In this document: positions 55,511 to 64,000 of the stretch, one piece after another
Layout: every line of letters begins with the position of its first letter
Position numbering within the stretch: the first letter of the stretch is position 1
Sequence record: MN781580
DNA: 64,000 nucleotides
Reading direction: 5' to 3' (one strand)
DNA from: Shigella phage KRT47
Translations under genes and position numbers: made by a program
Notes under the pieces: model-generated
What the model saw: the letters and a program-made list of their open reading frames with translations, nothing else
What the model was told of the DNA's origin: nothing
Databases searched by the model: none

Positions 55511-55783
55511 TTATTTGTTCGTATACATCTCTAGATATCGATATACACCCTCAAAACCCTCGTTGAATTCGTCGATGAGGGTTTTCTTATCTTCTTGAGT
55601 TAATTCAGAAACAATTTTACGGAATGAATTCTGATTTAATTTTCTACCTTCATGCGTTACTCCAATCTCATTCAAAAATGCAATAAAATTAGCACGATTT
55701 TCAACAATATCTTCTCTGGAAAATTTAATCAAAATAGACGCAACAGTAATAATTTCACGAACTGTATCAATGTTTTTATTCAT
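55511..55783 (-). CDS. asiA: Anti-sigma70 factor AsiA
   Basis: 90 aa; MNKNIDTVREIITVASILIKFSREDIVENRANFIAFLNEIG. Confidence 0.85.
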   Translation of the reverse strand: MNKNIDTVREIITVASILIKFSREDIVENRANFIAFLNEIGVTHEGRKLNQNSFRKIVSELTQEDKKTLIDEFNEGFEGVYRYLEMYTNK

Positions 55784-55814
55784 TAACTATACCACTCAAT
55801 TAGTTGACTTTGTT

Positions 55815-55844
55815 ATAATATCATCAGACGCTTGATTTGTAAAC
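55815..55844 (-). promoter_or_regulatory. T4-type early promoter for asiA
   Basis: Minus strand GTTTAC, 18 nt, TGaTATTAT about 30 nt upstream of asiA. Confidence 0.45.
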
Positions 55845-55944
55845 TGGTCTGTGTTATTTTCTTCAAAAATTTTTTCTACGAATTCCTTGAACGACTTACG
55901 TTCCTGAGCTACATTATGCTCGATTACTTTTTCAAGATTATAAC

Positions 55945-56223
55945 TCATTCGAAATAATCTTCAATTTCATAATCATGGACATAAATCATTATAGTTTTTA
56001 ATACATCATCAATACTTTTTCCTGGAGCTGGAATTACGTAAAAATATCCTGATTTTGAGAGGTCTTTATAAGTTCCAATCAAGAAATCATTATTCTCGAG
56101 ATGTAGTTCTTCAACTAATTCATTAACAATTGAGTGGTATAAATTTGGTAAAAACTTATATAGCTTTTCTAGAATATCAATTTTGATTGTGTATTGAACC
56201 ACAGACTGAGAATCAATAATCAT
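55945..56223 (-). CDS. arn: Arn-like anti-restriction protein
   Basis: 92 aa acidic protein at T4 arn position. Confidence 0.6.
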   Translation of the reverse strand: MIIDSQSVVQYTIKIDILEKLYKFLPNLYHSIVNELVEELHLENNDFLIGTYKDLSKSGYFYVIPAPGKSIDDVLKTIMIYVHDYEIEDYFE

Positions 56224-56306
56224 AGACCTTCCCCTTATGTTTCTGTTTGCGATTAGATTCTTTAAACGCTTTCTTCTTATCCTTATGAACAGAAGCTTTA
56301 TTAAAA

Positions 56307-56525
56307 TTATGTTTTGCGACTAAATTGTTCATAGTGCTGAATTACCTCTCTCAAACATTTGCATGTGAATGAAAACTTTTTAGCTACACCACATTCAAAT
56401 ATGTGTTCTCTTAAATCACGTGTATCAATATATCCCATCTCAACAATAAAATGCCGTATTAGATTTTTATCTTTATCATTGAGAGAATTAAAATAGTCAG
56501 ATTTTGAATTAATTTCCCTGGCCAA
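56307..56525 (-). CDS. Hypothetical protein
   Basis: 72 aa ORF. Confidence 0.4.
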   Translation of the reverse strand: MAREINSKSDYFNSLNDKDKNLIRHFIVEMGYIDTRDLREHIFECGVAKKFSFTCKCLREVIQHYEQFSRKT

Positions 56526-56805
56526 ATTGAATCACCTTCAGTTGACGTTTTAATTCTTTTATCATTTCTTCGTTCATCGCAATATAAAGATCGCGTAAAG
56601 CAGGTTTTAACATTCCATTTACTGGAGAACTAAATGGGCATACATAATCTTTTCCTACAAGCTTTTTAGTGAATTCCATATCGCAGAACTTAAATCCCGG
56701 TTCATTGGCATAAATTCCCCAATTAGTTGACATCATTTTATTAGCATATTCCAACGCCTGGATTTGATTCTTAATTCCATCAATTTGAAACTTTTTAATA
56801 TTCAT
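56509..56805 (-). CDS. Hypothetical protein
   Basis: 98 aa ORF. Confidence 0.4.
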   Translation of the reverse strand: MNIKKFQIDGIKNQIQALEYANKMMSTNWGIYANEPGFKFCDMEFTKKLVGKDYVCPFSSPVNGMLKPALRDLYIAMNEEMIKELKRQLKVIQFGQGN

Positions 56806-57266
56806 TAGTAAAGGTCCTCAGAGTAAAGTTCTTTTTCACTACCACCGCGTTCAATACGTACTTGTCCAGCATAAGTTGCAATAATCATTGCTTCTTCGCG
56901 GGTCCAATAATTACTATATTGGTCAATAAACCCTTGGTCATCATCACAAACTTGTTGAGTAACTAATTGAGGTTTAACTACATCTAAAACTTCTGCCATA
57001 TCTTTAGAATAATGACGAGCACCTGGAATAACAAGAGTTCGTCCATCTTTTAATTTAAAGCGGTTGGCTGCGCAAACAATTCGTCGTTGATACTTTTGGT
57101 TTTCATCCCAGTATGCAGACTGCCAACAGATTTCAGGAACTTCTGTAAGAATATCTTCTTCTGTGCATTTATAACCATGTGCTTTAAATTTTTCAACAAG
57201 ACTTTCTGGAGTTTCACGAGATAAAGGAACATTCAGCATTTTTAAGCGATTAATAAATGGATTCAT
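56805..57266 (-). CDS. Hypothetical protein
   Basis: 153 aa ORF. Confidence 0.45.
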   Translation of the reverse strand: MNPFINRLKMLNVPLSRETPESLVEKFKAHGYKCTEEDILTEVPEICWQSAYWDENQKYQRRIVCAANRFKLKDGRTLVIPGARHYSKDMAEVLDVVKPQLVTQQVCDDDQGFIDQYSNYWTREEAMIIATYAGQVRIERGGSEKELYSEDLY

Positions 57267-57592
57267 TTAAACCATCCTTTAATACGCTGCCACAAAGTTT
57301 TCTGTTGAGCTTTGTTAACACCAATTGAGCGAATAACTGGTTGAGATTCCTGGAATTCTTTATAATCAGCAAGGTAAATTTCGTAAGCTGAATCCGTAAA
57401 GGAACTTATCGCTGCCATGAAATTATTGCGAATACCTACTGGAGCATCTTTACTTTCACGAATAATCATGTATTTACCAGTCTTAATCTTTACGATAGTT
57501 CCAAGATAAGCTCCATGGTACCAGATATCCCACCCCTCTTGAGTGGGTTCTGCACAACGACGAAGTTCATTGATAATTTCTAACTTGTTCAT
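57263..57592 (-). CDS. Hypothetical protein
   Basis: 109 aa ORF. Confidence 0.45.
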   Translation of the reverse strand: MNKLEIINELRRCAEPTQEGWDIWYHGAYLGTIVKIKTGKYMIIRESKDAPVGIRNNFMAAISSFTDSAYEIYLADYKEFQESQPVIRSIGVNKAQQKTLWQRIKGWFK

Positions 57593-57602
57593 TATTTATT
57601 CC

Positions 57603-58238
57603 TCACAGTTCAGATGCTACGGTGATTACTGCTTCAATGTTTTCTGCCGAGCGTTTAATGTCAAGATACACATTACCATTTTTAGCGATTTTACATGACA
57701 TTCCGATATCAGTAAATTTCTGAATATGATGTTCCATCATTTTGTATCCAAAAATTCGCATATTTCCATTGTTATTAATTTCAAAATTACGAATTCCGTG
57801 AGTGCGTTTTTCTAAAATAGCGAGATAGTTACTACGATAAGTTTCAACCTTTTTAAGAACAAATCCATTTTCATCTAAAAGTTTTAACATGAAGTCTTTA
57901 TCTTCTTCCATATCGGAAGTAATCTCACGAGCTTTACGAGTTGCTCGTTTTTTCAGTAGTTCAGGAGCATTTTCCTGCGCATATAAAGTTGCTGCATTTG
58001 AAATAATATCCTGAGCTTCACCAGTAATGATTAATCCATCACCAGATTTCTCCACCAGGCCTTTTTTAATCAATACCCCAATATTACTATTAACTACTGC
58101 GTTACCTAAATCTGGATGCACCTCACGAACTTCTGCAGCTGTAATGAAATCTTTCTTAGCAATGGTAATTAAAATCGCAGCAGTTTTTTCATTCAGAACA
58201 TCGTTAGAAGCTTTGATGATGTAAGTTACTTTAGACAT
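57603..58238 (-). CDS. motA: Middle transcription activator MotA
   Basis: 211 aa; MSKVTYIIKASNDVLNEKTAAILITIAKKDFITAAEV. Confidence 0.85.
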   Translation of the reverse strand: MSKVTYIIKASNDVLNEKTAAILITIAKKDFITAAEVREVHPDLGNAVVNSNIGVLIKKGLVEKSGDGLIITGEAQDIISNAATLYAQENAPELLKKRATRKAREITSDMEEDKDFMLKLLDENGFVLKKVETYRSNYLAILEKRTHGIRNFEINNNGNMRIFGYKMMEHHIQKFTDIGMSCKIAKNGNVYLDIKRSAENIEAVITVASEL

Positions 58239-58279
58239 TTTCTAATCTCCGTAATTCTGTATCAGTAGTTGATAGTTGT

Positions 58280-58309
58280 ATAGTACCACAGTATGCTTTG
58301 GTTGTAAAC
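58280..58309 (-). promoter_or_regulatory. T4-type early promoter for motA (part of repeated cassette)
   Basis: Minus strand GTTTAC, 18 nt, TGgTACTAT. Confidence 0.5.
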
Positions 58310-58331
58310 CGTTTTGTGAAAAAAATTTTGA

Positions 58332-58361
58332 AATAAAAAAAGGGAGAGCCTCGGCTCTCCC
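58332..58361 (-). terminator. Intrinsic terminator
   Basis: Hairpin GGGAGAGCCGAGGCTCTCCC followed by U-run on minus strand. Confidence 0.6.
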
Positions 58362-58366
58362 TAAAA

Positions 58367-58516
58367 TTACCGTTCAATCGCGATAACTATCGTGATAACA
58401 CGTTGAATTCCGAACGCAAGAAGACCTCCTGCTACGGCAGGAACAACACCTAAACCCGCCAGTAAAATGCCACCAGATACTAATGCAGCGCTTGTAATAC
58501 CTATAAATGGACTCAT
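58367..58516 (-). CDS. Small hydrophobic protein
   Basis: 49 aa ORF MSPFIGITSAALVSGGILLAGLGVVPAVAGG..., ATG overlaps gene 52 stop (ATGA); found by manual translation. Confidence 0.35.
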   Translation of the reverse strand: MSPFIGITSAALVSGGILLAGLGVVPAVAGGLLAFGIQRVITIVIAIER

Positions 58517-59841
58517 TTGATTTCCTCTAAATCTTTGGTGTATTCTGTAACTACATCAGTAGTTTTCCAATATTCGTTTTCTTCTTTTTTAGCTTTAGCT
58601 TCTTCAGCAAGTTTCTTTGCTTCGTCGGAAGTCATATGAAAAATGTTCATTCCAACTAGTTTATCAACATAAGAAGAATACATATCAATTTTAGAAAGTT
58701 CTTCGGTCAGTTCTTTGCGAGTTTTACCTTGTACAACAATTTCACCTGAAATTACTTTCTTAATGAAATGCGCCTTGGCAAAAGCTAAACGAAATGCTGA
58801 TTCAGTTTCTTTGATTTTGCTATCAATTCGTTTTTGGACATAAGTTTTACGAACTTCAACGAAGTCTTTGATTAAATCAACTACATTATCGTAAACTTGC
58901 AGTTTTCCTTTCTCATTAATAACGGTAATATTCTGGGAACGCCGCTCAATCAACCCGAAGTCTTTCATAATTTTTGCATGGCGTTCTTCTTCGTTATCAC
59001 TCAAAGAGTATTCTTTACGGAATTTAACTTTGAAGCCAAAACCATGCTCACCGCAAGCATCATCCCACGTAATGAAGCCTTTATCTTCAAGCGGGTCTAA
59101 AATTTTGCTCACGTAAGTTTCACGATCATACTTATACGGAATCTCAGTGATATTCATTTGAGTTCGTGAAGTAAACTTGTATGTTCCACGAATTTCATAT
59201 TGACCGTCAATTTCAACGACTTCACCACGAAATTCTGGGAATTCAACCTTCGGTTTAGTTACTTTCTTTCCTTGAAGAGCTTGCAGTACAGCTTTCTTGA
59301 CAGAAGAAACGCTATGAGGAAGAATGTAAGTTGCATAACCAGTTGCAATACCGGAAACACCATTAAGAAGAACAGTAGGAATAATAGGCAAATAAAAAGC
59401 AGGCGGAATGTGTTCTTTATCTTGATGTACCGGAGCATATTCAGTATCTTTATATACGCTATAGAAATTTTTACTTACACGAGCAAAAATATAACGACTC
59501 GCAGCTGCCTTTTGAACGGTACGAGAACCAAAGTTTCCTTGACCATCTAACAGAGGAAAGTTATTATTCCAAGTATTAGCCATCAAAGCGCCTGCGTCTT
59601 GTGCGGAGTTTTCACCATGATGATATCCAAGGTCCGCTACACCACCTGCGATAGAAGCGAGTTTGTGAAACTTATCTTTATTTCCTCGTGCCAAATCAAG
59701 AGCTCGAGCAATAACAAATCGTTGAACTGGCTTAAATCCATCAATCATATTTGGGATAGCACGATTTTCAACCGTGTACATAGCATAAGCCAATGCTTCA
59801 TTATCAATGATACTTTTTAAATCGCGATTATTCAGTTGCAT
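58513..59841 (-). CDS. 52: DNA topoisomerase II medium subunit gp52
   Basis: 442 aa; type II topoisomerase A-subunit-like sequence. Confidence 0.85.
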   Translation of the reverse strand: MQLNNRDLKSIIDNEALAYAMYTVENRAIPNMIDGFKPVQRFVIARALDLARGNKDKFHKLASIAGGVADLGYHHGENSAQDAGALMANTWNNNFPLLDGQGNFGSRTVQKAAASRYIFARVSKNFYSVYKDTEYAPVHQDKEHIPPAFYLPIIPTVLLNGVSGIATGYATYILPHSVSSVKKAVLQALQGKKVTKPKVEFPEFRGEVVEIDGQYEIRGTYKFTSRTQMNITEIPYKYDRETYVSKILDPLEDKGFITWDDACGEHGFGFKVKFRKEYSLSDNEEERHAKIMKDFGLIERRSQNITVINEKGKLQVYDNVVDLIKDFVEVRKTYVQKRIDSKIKETESAFRLAFAKAHFIKKVISGEIVVQGKTRKELTEELSKIDMYSSYVDKLVGMNIFHMTSDEAKKLAEEAKAKKEENEYWKTTDVVTEYTKDLEEIK

Positions 59842-59845
59842 AAAT

Positions 59846-59986
59846 TTACCATACTAGTGAATGTAGTGCCATAATAACATCAGAAATGAAAAGCACGACT
59901 TGAATTAATCCGAACATTACTCCATAATATAGTGCTACCAATAAAGTAGCAAGGGCTAATGAATAGCCCAAGATTTTCTTAATCAT
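59846..59986 (-). CDS. Small hydrophobic protein
   Basis: 46 aa ORF MIKKILGYSLALATLLVALYYGVMFGL..., manual translation. Confidence 0.3.
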   Translation of the reverse strand: MIKKILGYSLALATLLVALYYGVMFGLIQVVLFISDVIMALHSLVW

Positions 59987-60137
59987 TAGTAGATAACAAT
60001 ACAAATGTTAAATATGCACACATACCCTGGGCTAAAGCTTGTGAAAACACACTGCTAGCATCGATACAGATAGTTAAAACACATGCTACTATCCAACAAA
60101 TAAATGAAATAACTCCTAATAATTTTGCAATATTCAT
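59979..60137 (-). CDS. ac: Ac-like small membrane protein (acridine sensitivity)
   Basis: 52 aa hydrophobic ORF MNIAKLLGVISFICWIVACVLTICIDASS... between stp and gene 52. Confidence 0.5.
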   Translation of the reverse strand: MNIAKLLGVISFICWIVACVLTICIDASSVFSQALAQGMCAYLTFVLLSTND

Positions 60138-60144
60138 ATTTTCC

Positions 60145-60225
60145 TCACTGGCGTCCGAAGACGCCTTTTGTTTTAAGATTGTTACGATAGAACTGCATCA
60201 CATGTTCGTTATGGAAATTACTCAT
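60145..60225 (-). CDS. stp: Stp peptide (activator of host anticodon nuclease)
   Basis: 26 aa ORF translating to [26 protein letters not shown], matching T4 Stp as I recall it; ATG overlaps ndd stop. Confidence 0.8.
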
Positions 60226-60680
60226 TAATATGCCTGCAAAACAAATTTAAAGTTATCAGCTAACATGCGGTTCATTTCTTCAAGTGTTTGATACTCAGAA
60301 TGATGATTACGAGTAAACGCTAAAGCTAACTGACCTTTTCCAAATCCTGTCGTCAGAGGTTTCATCTTAGAAGCAGGAAGATAAAATACTGTGTATGGAA
60401 CATTGTTATTTGCAATAGTACGCGCAAGCTGAGACCGACGCTGACGAATATGACTTAGAACTGCACTGAACCCTTGTTTAGAACGCTGATTACCTACATA
60501 AAATCGTGCAGATACACACGGACTATCAAATGGACCACCAAATTTGCTCACTAAAAAGTAAAATCCAGGGTTAGACAAAATGTCTTTATGCGGAGTTCCA
60601 AAAACCCATTCACCGCCCTTGATTGTACCAATAACAGTTGCGCCTGCATTATTCAAATCAGTAACAGTCATATATTTCAT
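60225..60680 (-). CDS. ndd: Nucleoid disruption protein Ndd
   Basis: 151 aa at T4 ndd position. Confidence 0.75.
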
Positions 60681-60739
60681 GTTAATTTCCTCTAATTATT
60701 TTCTACTCCAAGGCCGCATGAATACACACGGCCGATAAA

Positions 60740-60955
60740 TTAATCGTCGCAGTCGACGCTCAATTCCCAGAACTCTTCTACGGTATAAGTTTCAGTATCA
60801 TTTTCAATACAGAAACGTTCATTACTGTTGTTTGCTAAAGTAGCATTAACTGTCATTTTCTCGCTAGTGCTCTTAAGAGGTGAAATACGAATTAACTGAT
60901 CGCCACTATCCAAGCAAAAAATTTCGCCAACTTTTACATCTTTAAAAATTTTCAT
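60740..60955 (-). CDS. Hypothetical protein
   Basis: 71 aa ORF. Confidence 0.4.
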   Translation of the reverse strand: MKIFKDVKVGEIFCLDSGDQLIRISPLKSTSEKMTVNATLANNSNERFCIENDTETYTVEEFWELSVDCDD

Positions 60956-61070
60956 AATTCACCTCAAGGAGTATAAAATCCAAACGCAGTTGTTGACCAT
61001 CCCATCCAATACGGAAAATTTGCACCGACGTAAAACATGAGAATATAAAACCAACCACTCAACAAATTTA

Positions 61071-61289
61071 TCATTTTACACCATTCCAAATTGTTTCAAC
61101 CACAGATTTTAAGCCATTTTGATGAATGTCCATTCCTACAACCGCCATCAAATAAATTCCAACTACAACTGAACCTAAGGCAAAAATCAGCATGAAAATG
61201 AATAAAGCTGGAAAAATATTATCGAAAAACCATTCAATAAATGTAAAAGCACTGCGTTTACGCTTCATATTTTCCTCACATAAATCCAA
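61071..61289 (-). CDS. Hypothetical membrane protein
   Basis: 72 aa ORF with hydrophobic segment LFIFMLIFALGSVVVGIYLMAVV. Confidence 0.4.
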   Translation of the reverse strand: MDLCEENMKRKRSAFTFIEWFFDNIFPALFIFMLIFALGSVVVGIYLMAVVGMDIHQNGLKSVVETIWNGVK

Positions 61290-61417
61290 AGTAAGCGTTT
61301 AATACATCAATCATTAAAACGATTGGGAATATACTCAAAACTATTAGTATTATAACTGCATTCCATATAGCTTTAACAATCTTTTTCATTTTCTGTTCCT
61401 CCGTAGTTGATAGTTGT

Positions 61418-61447
61418 ATAGTACCACAGAGGAACAGTCTTGTAAAC
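61418..61447 (-). promoter_or_regulatory. T4-type early promoter
   Basis: Minus strand GTTTAC, 18 nt, TGgTACTAT. Confidence 0.45.
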
Positions 61448-61632
61448 AACTTTTTTAAAAATATTCGTAATAAATGTGAATACCAACTACTACTGCTGAA
61501 ACTTGCGCAACCCACCACGCACAAGCAATAAGTACAGAATTCAAAATTTTCATAATAACCTCATCACAAAAGTAAATGTTAAACAAATTAATGGAATACT
61601 AATTAACCAAACAAAACACCACCACAATGAAC

Positions 61633-61896
61633 TCATAGTTCAATCTCAGCGATTTTCATTTCATTACTATTAATAGCCGCTTTAAGACTATCTGAAAGAA
61701 TTACACACCAGTGGTCATTCATATGACCATTAACTAAGCGTGTAATTTCTTCGGGAGTTGAAAAATAAGGCGTATCAGACTCCCAATGCGATAATCCCAA
61801 GCGAGTATAAATCATACCTTCATCATCGCTAGAATATTCAACTGACACAAACTCATCAGTTATTTTATGTTTAGCGTAATAAAATTTAAATTTCAT
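61633..61896 (-). CDS. Hypothetical protein
   Basis: Start taken at MKFKFYYAKHK with GGAGG RBS, downstream of early promoter; ORF track extends further upstream. Confidence 0.4.
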   Translation of the reverse strand: MKFKFYYAKHKITDEFVSVEYSSDDEGMIYTRLGLSHWESDTPYFSTPEEITRLVNGHMNDHWCVILSDSLKAAINSNEMKIAEIEL

Positions 61897-61923
61897 TTTT
61901 ACTCCTCCGTAGCTGATAGTTGT

Positions 61924-61953
61924 ATAGTACCACAGTCCTTGTGGTATGTAAAC
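61924..61953 (-). promoter_or_regulatory. T4-type early promoter
   Basis: Minus strand GTTTAC, 18 nt, TGgTACTAT; 42 bp identical to promoter at 41049-41090. Confidence 0.45.
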
Positions 61954-61969
61954 TTTTTTGTGAAAATTT

Positions 61970-62527
61970 TTAAATGTAAAGATACCATCCATTGTAGTTG
62001 CTTTTTCTCACAACCTTACGAAGGTCTTCTCTATCACCAATGAACTTCGGAGTGTACTGGATGACACCTGGATGAATTTCTTTAGTGTTGAATATAATTA
62101 TACAGTCAGCGACCTGATGATTCAGAATGGGCCCTAGATTTATTCCAGAACCATATGGATACTCTCCGCTGCATCCTGTTGTTACAGAAATCCAACGTGA
62201 GTCAGTTTGATGTGTCTTAACTTCTACACGAAGCCCGCAGTATCTTGGATGCGCCAATACGTCCCATGCGTATGTATACGGATCATTAACATCCTCTTGG
62301 CCTTTGTTAACATACCCGCTTAGCCAATCTGCTACAAAAAACTCTGCGTACACCGCGATACGGCATCTTTCGATAACTTCTGCTTTATCCTGATTTGGAT
62401 TTTGTTTTAAAGAGTATCTTGCTGTATCAGCAATTTTGACCTTCATTTCACTAGTCAAGTCACTGTTCGATAGGGTAAATGTCGGAATCTGAAATAGTCT
62501 CTGTAAACCCGGATTCGTTTTCTGCAT
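61970..62527 (-). CDS. denB: Endonuclease IV DenB
   Basis: 185 aa at T4 denB position. Confidence 0.7.
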   Translation of the reverse strand: MQKTNPGLQRLFQIPTFTLSNSDLTSEMKVKIADTARYSLKQNPNQDKAEVIERCRIAVYAEFFVADWLSGYVNKGQEDVNDPYTYAWDVLAHPRYCGLRVEVKTHQTDSRWISVTTGCSGEYPYGSGINLGPILNHQVADCIIIFNTKEIHPGVIQYTPKFIGDREDLRKVVRKSNYNGWYLYI

Positions 62528-62789
62528 TTAGACTTTCCTTTTTACCGCTGAGATAAGCGTTATATACTTTAAGAGTGCCGTAATAAATTCGGTCATTTTC
62601 ATCTAAAGACTCATGGTCAAGTTCATCGAGTTCCTTTTTATCCATGACTATAATATCATTGCAGTAAAGAAACCCAAGTTTTTCGTGACCAAACTCAAAT
62701 TTATTGCAGTACACAATATTAGCGTGATGATTTCCGTGCAGTTTAATCTCTTTTATGTCGGAATCACCGATATTCATACAATAAATCAT
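62460..62789 (-). CDS. Hypothetical protein
   Basis: 109 aa ORF. Confidence 0.4.
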   Translation of the reverse strand: MIYCMNIGDSDIKEIKLHGNHHANIVYCNKFEFGHEKLGFLYCNDIIVMDKKELDELDHESLDENDRIYYGTLKVYNAYLSGKKESLNAENESGFTETISDSDIYPIEQ

Positions 62790-62797
62790 AATTTTTC

Positions 62798-62833
62798 CTT
62801 AAAACAAAAGGGCCGAAGCCCCTTATTTTATTT
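62798..62833. terminator. Bidirectional hairpin terminator
   Basis: GGGCCGAAGCCC hairpin flanked by A-run and T-run. Confidence 0.5.
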
Positions 62834-63022
62834 GAATTGTGCAATTCTTTTCTCTAGACATTCAGCATAAGATTTCATTGAGATGAACTGTGAAAGCAGT
62901 AATTCTTGCTCAACTTCATTAATCGTTAGAAACTTTGTGCTTTCTAAAAATTTGCTCAGTGCATTAATTTTGAGCATTAATTGATCGTATTCTTCTTTTA
63001 CTCGTGCTTGATAACCTAACAT
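62828..63022 (-). CDS. Hypothetical protein
   Basis: 64 aa ORF. Confidence 0.4.
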   Translation of the reverse strand: MLGYQARVKEEYDQLMLKINALSKFLESTKFLTINEVEQELLLSQFISMKSYAECLEKRIAQFK

Positions 63023-63050
63023 AATTTTCCTTAGTTAAGGGCCGAAGCCC

Positions 63051-63989
63051 TTATTTAAATTGTTCAGTAACGTCTTCAACTACTTCGTATTGGCAGGTAC
63101 GCATTTTAGCATCGTTGTAATCAATCGGAATTGATACTACATCACGCGGATGCACTTTAACTTTTACAACTCGACTGGTTGAACTGCCAAAGTGACGAAT
63201 ATAAGATTTAGAACACACATGAAGACCACGAGAACAAGTTTGTGTATCATCGTCATTCACACGAGTACGTGGCATTTTAACTACTTTACCAGGACTGTTA
63301 TCAAAAGTATTTGAATGACAGTCAAAGTAATTACTGCGAACTACTTTCCAAGCATAGAAGTAACCATCTTCTGTAATTTCAATATCGTTTGCTACCAAGA
63401 AATCAAAGAGTCGAGATACCGCTTTCTGGCTTGGGTTTTCCAGCAGATTTTCCAAGAACGGAAAATAAAATTCAAAGTTTTCGCCTTTTTCCATCGAATC
63501 GAGAATACGATCAACTAAACCAGACCGCAATTCAATATTTTGATAGAACAAGCTTCCACCTTCAATTCTAACATCACCGGAAATATATTTTTCAACAGCG
63601 CGACGAACATTAATTTTTTGCGCCGCTTCTTCCAATTTATCTGCAACAAGCAGATTAAGAATTTCCTGGAAGTTTGAATGAGTATTAGGAGTTGCGTTAT
63701 AAGTTACACCATCAACAGTAATTGAAATGAATTTTTTAGATGCATTCCAAATAATGTCAGATTTAGCAACTGGAGCAATAACTGCATCGCTATTAACTTT
63801 AACTGTAATATCACCGCTAATAGTAACTTTAGGGCGTTTAGCTTCTTCAGCATTTTTCAAAACACGACGGATTGTGTCAACCGATACATCCTTCCAATAA
63901 GCCAATTCCTGTTGGGTGTAATTACCGCTTGAATACAGTTTAACAATTTCAGCTTGTTCGTTTTTGGTCAGGCATTTAATATTGTACAT
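63051..63989 (-). CDS. rIIB: rIIB membrane-associated protein
   Basis: 312 aa; N-terminus MYNIKCLTKNEQAEIVKLYSSGNYTQQELA. Confidence 0.85.
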   Translation of the reverse strand: MYNIKCLTKNEQAEIVKLYSSGNYTQQELAYWKDVSVDTIRRVLKNAEEAKRPKVTISGDITVKVNSDAVIAPVAKSDIIWNASKKFISITVDGVTYNATPNTHSNFQEILNLLVADKLEEAAQKINVRRAVEKYISGDVRIEGGSLFYQNIELRSGLVDRILDSMEKGENFEFYFPFLENLLENPSQKAVSRLFDFLVANDIEITEDGYFYAWKVVRSNYFDCHSNTFDNSPGKVVKMPRTRVNDDDTQTCSRGLHVCSKSYIRHFGSSTSRVVKVKVHPRDVVSIPIDYNDAKMRTCQYEVVEDVTEQFK

Positions 63990-64000
63990 AATTTTCCTTA

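Noticed and set aside
63038-63051. Hairpin AGGGCCGAAGCCCT immediately after the rIIB stop considered as a terminator
   Set aside because: No U-rich tract follows on the minus strand; more likely an RNA stability or processing hairpin, so not called as a terminator

Overview
This window is a contiguous stretch of a T4-like (Tevenvirinae) coliphage genome, running from the 3' end of the major capsid gene 23 to rIIB in T4 gene order. Calls rest on reading the ORF translations and recognising T4 proteins, motifs and synteny; no database search was run. Plus-strand late blocks: 24; uvsW; baseplate genes 51-27-28-29-48-54; tail fibre genes 34-35-36-37-38; holin t. Minus-strand early/middle blocks: rnlB to inh; uvsY-25-26; alt region; DNA ligase 30 and the 30.x ORFs; rIII-31-cd-pseT-spanins-alc-rnlA-denA-nrdB-nrdA-td-frd-32-59-33-dsbA-rnh; asiA-arn-motA-52-ac-stp-ndd-denB-rIIB. 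No tRNA, rRNA, CRISPR array or transposon was seen. I did not find a clearly novel multi-gene system; the features that depart from what I recall of T4 are: (1) Hoc carries an extra Ig-like domain from a 288-bp tandem duplication; (2) two tandem, diverged Alt-family ADP-ribosyltransferase genes, both with an intact R-S-E triad; (3) a HAD-like hydrolase plus a NADAR/YbiA-like protein next to DNA ligase; (4) a 53-bp exact repeat at two loci that pairs a promoter-like motif with a hairpin sequestering the Shine-Dalgarno; (5) a repeated terminator plus early-promoter cassette, and early promoters whose -10 sits in the loop of perfect inverted repeats; (6) an extra ORF between frd and td, with td and nrdB uninterrupted and no mobE or segD; (7) a T2-type gp37/gp38 tip adhesin. 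Gene symbols for small ORFs are left empty where I could not recognise them.
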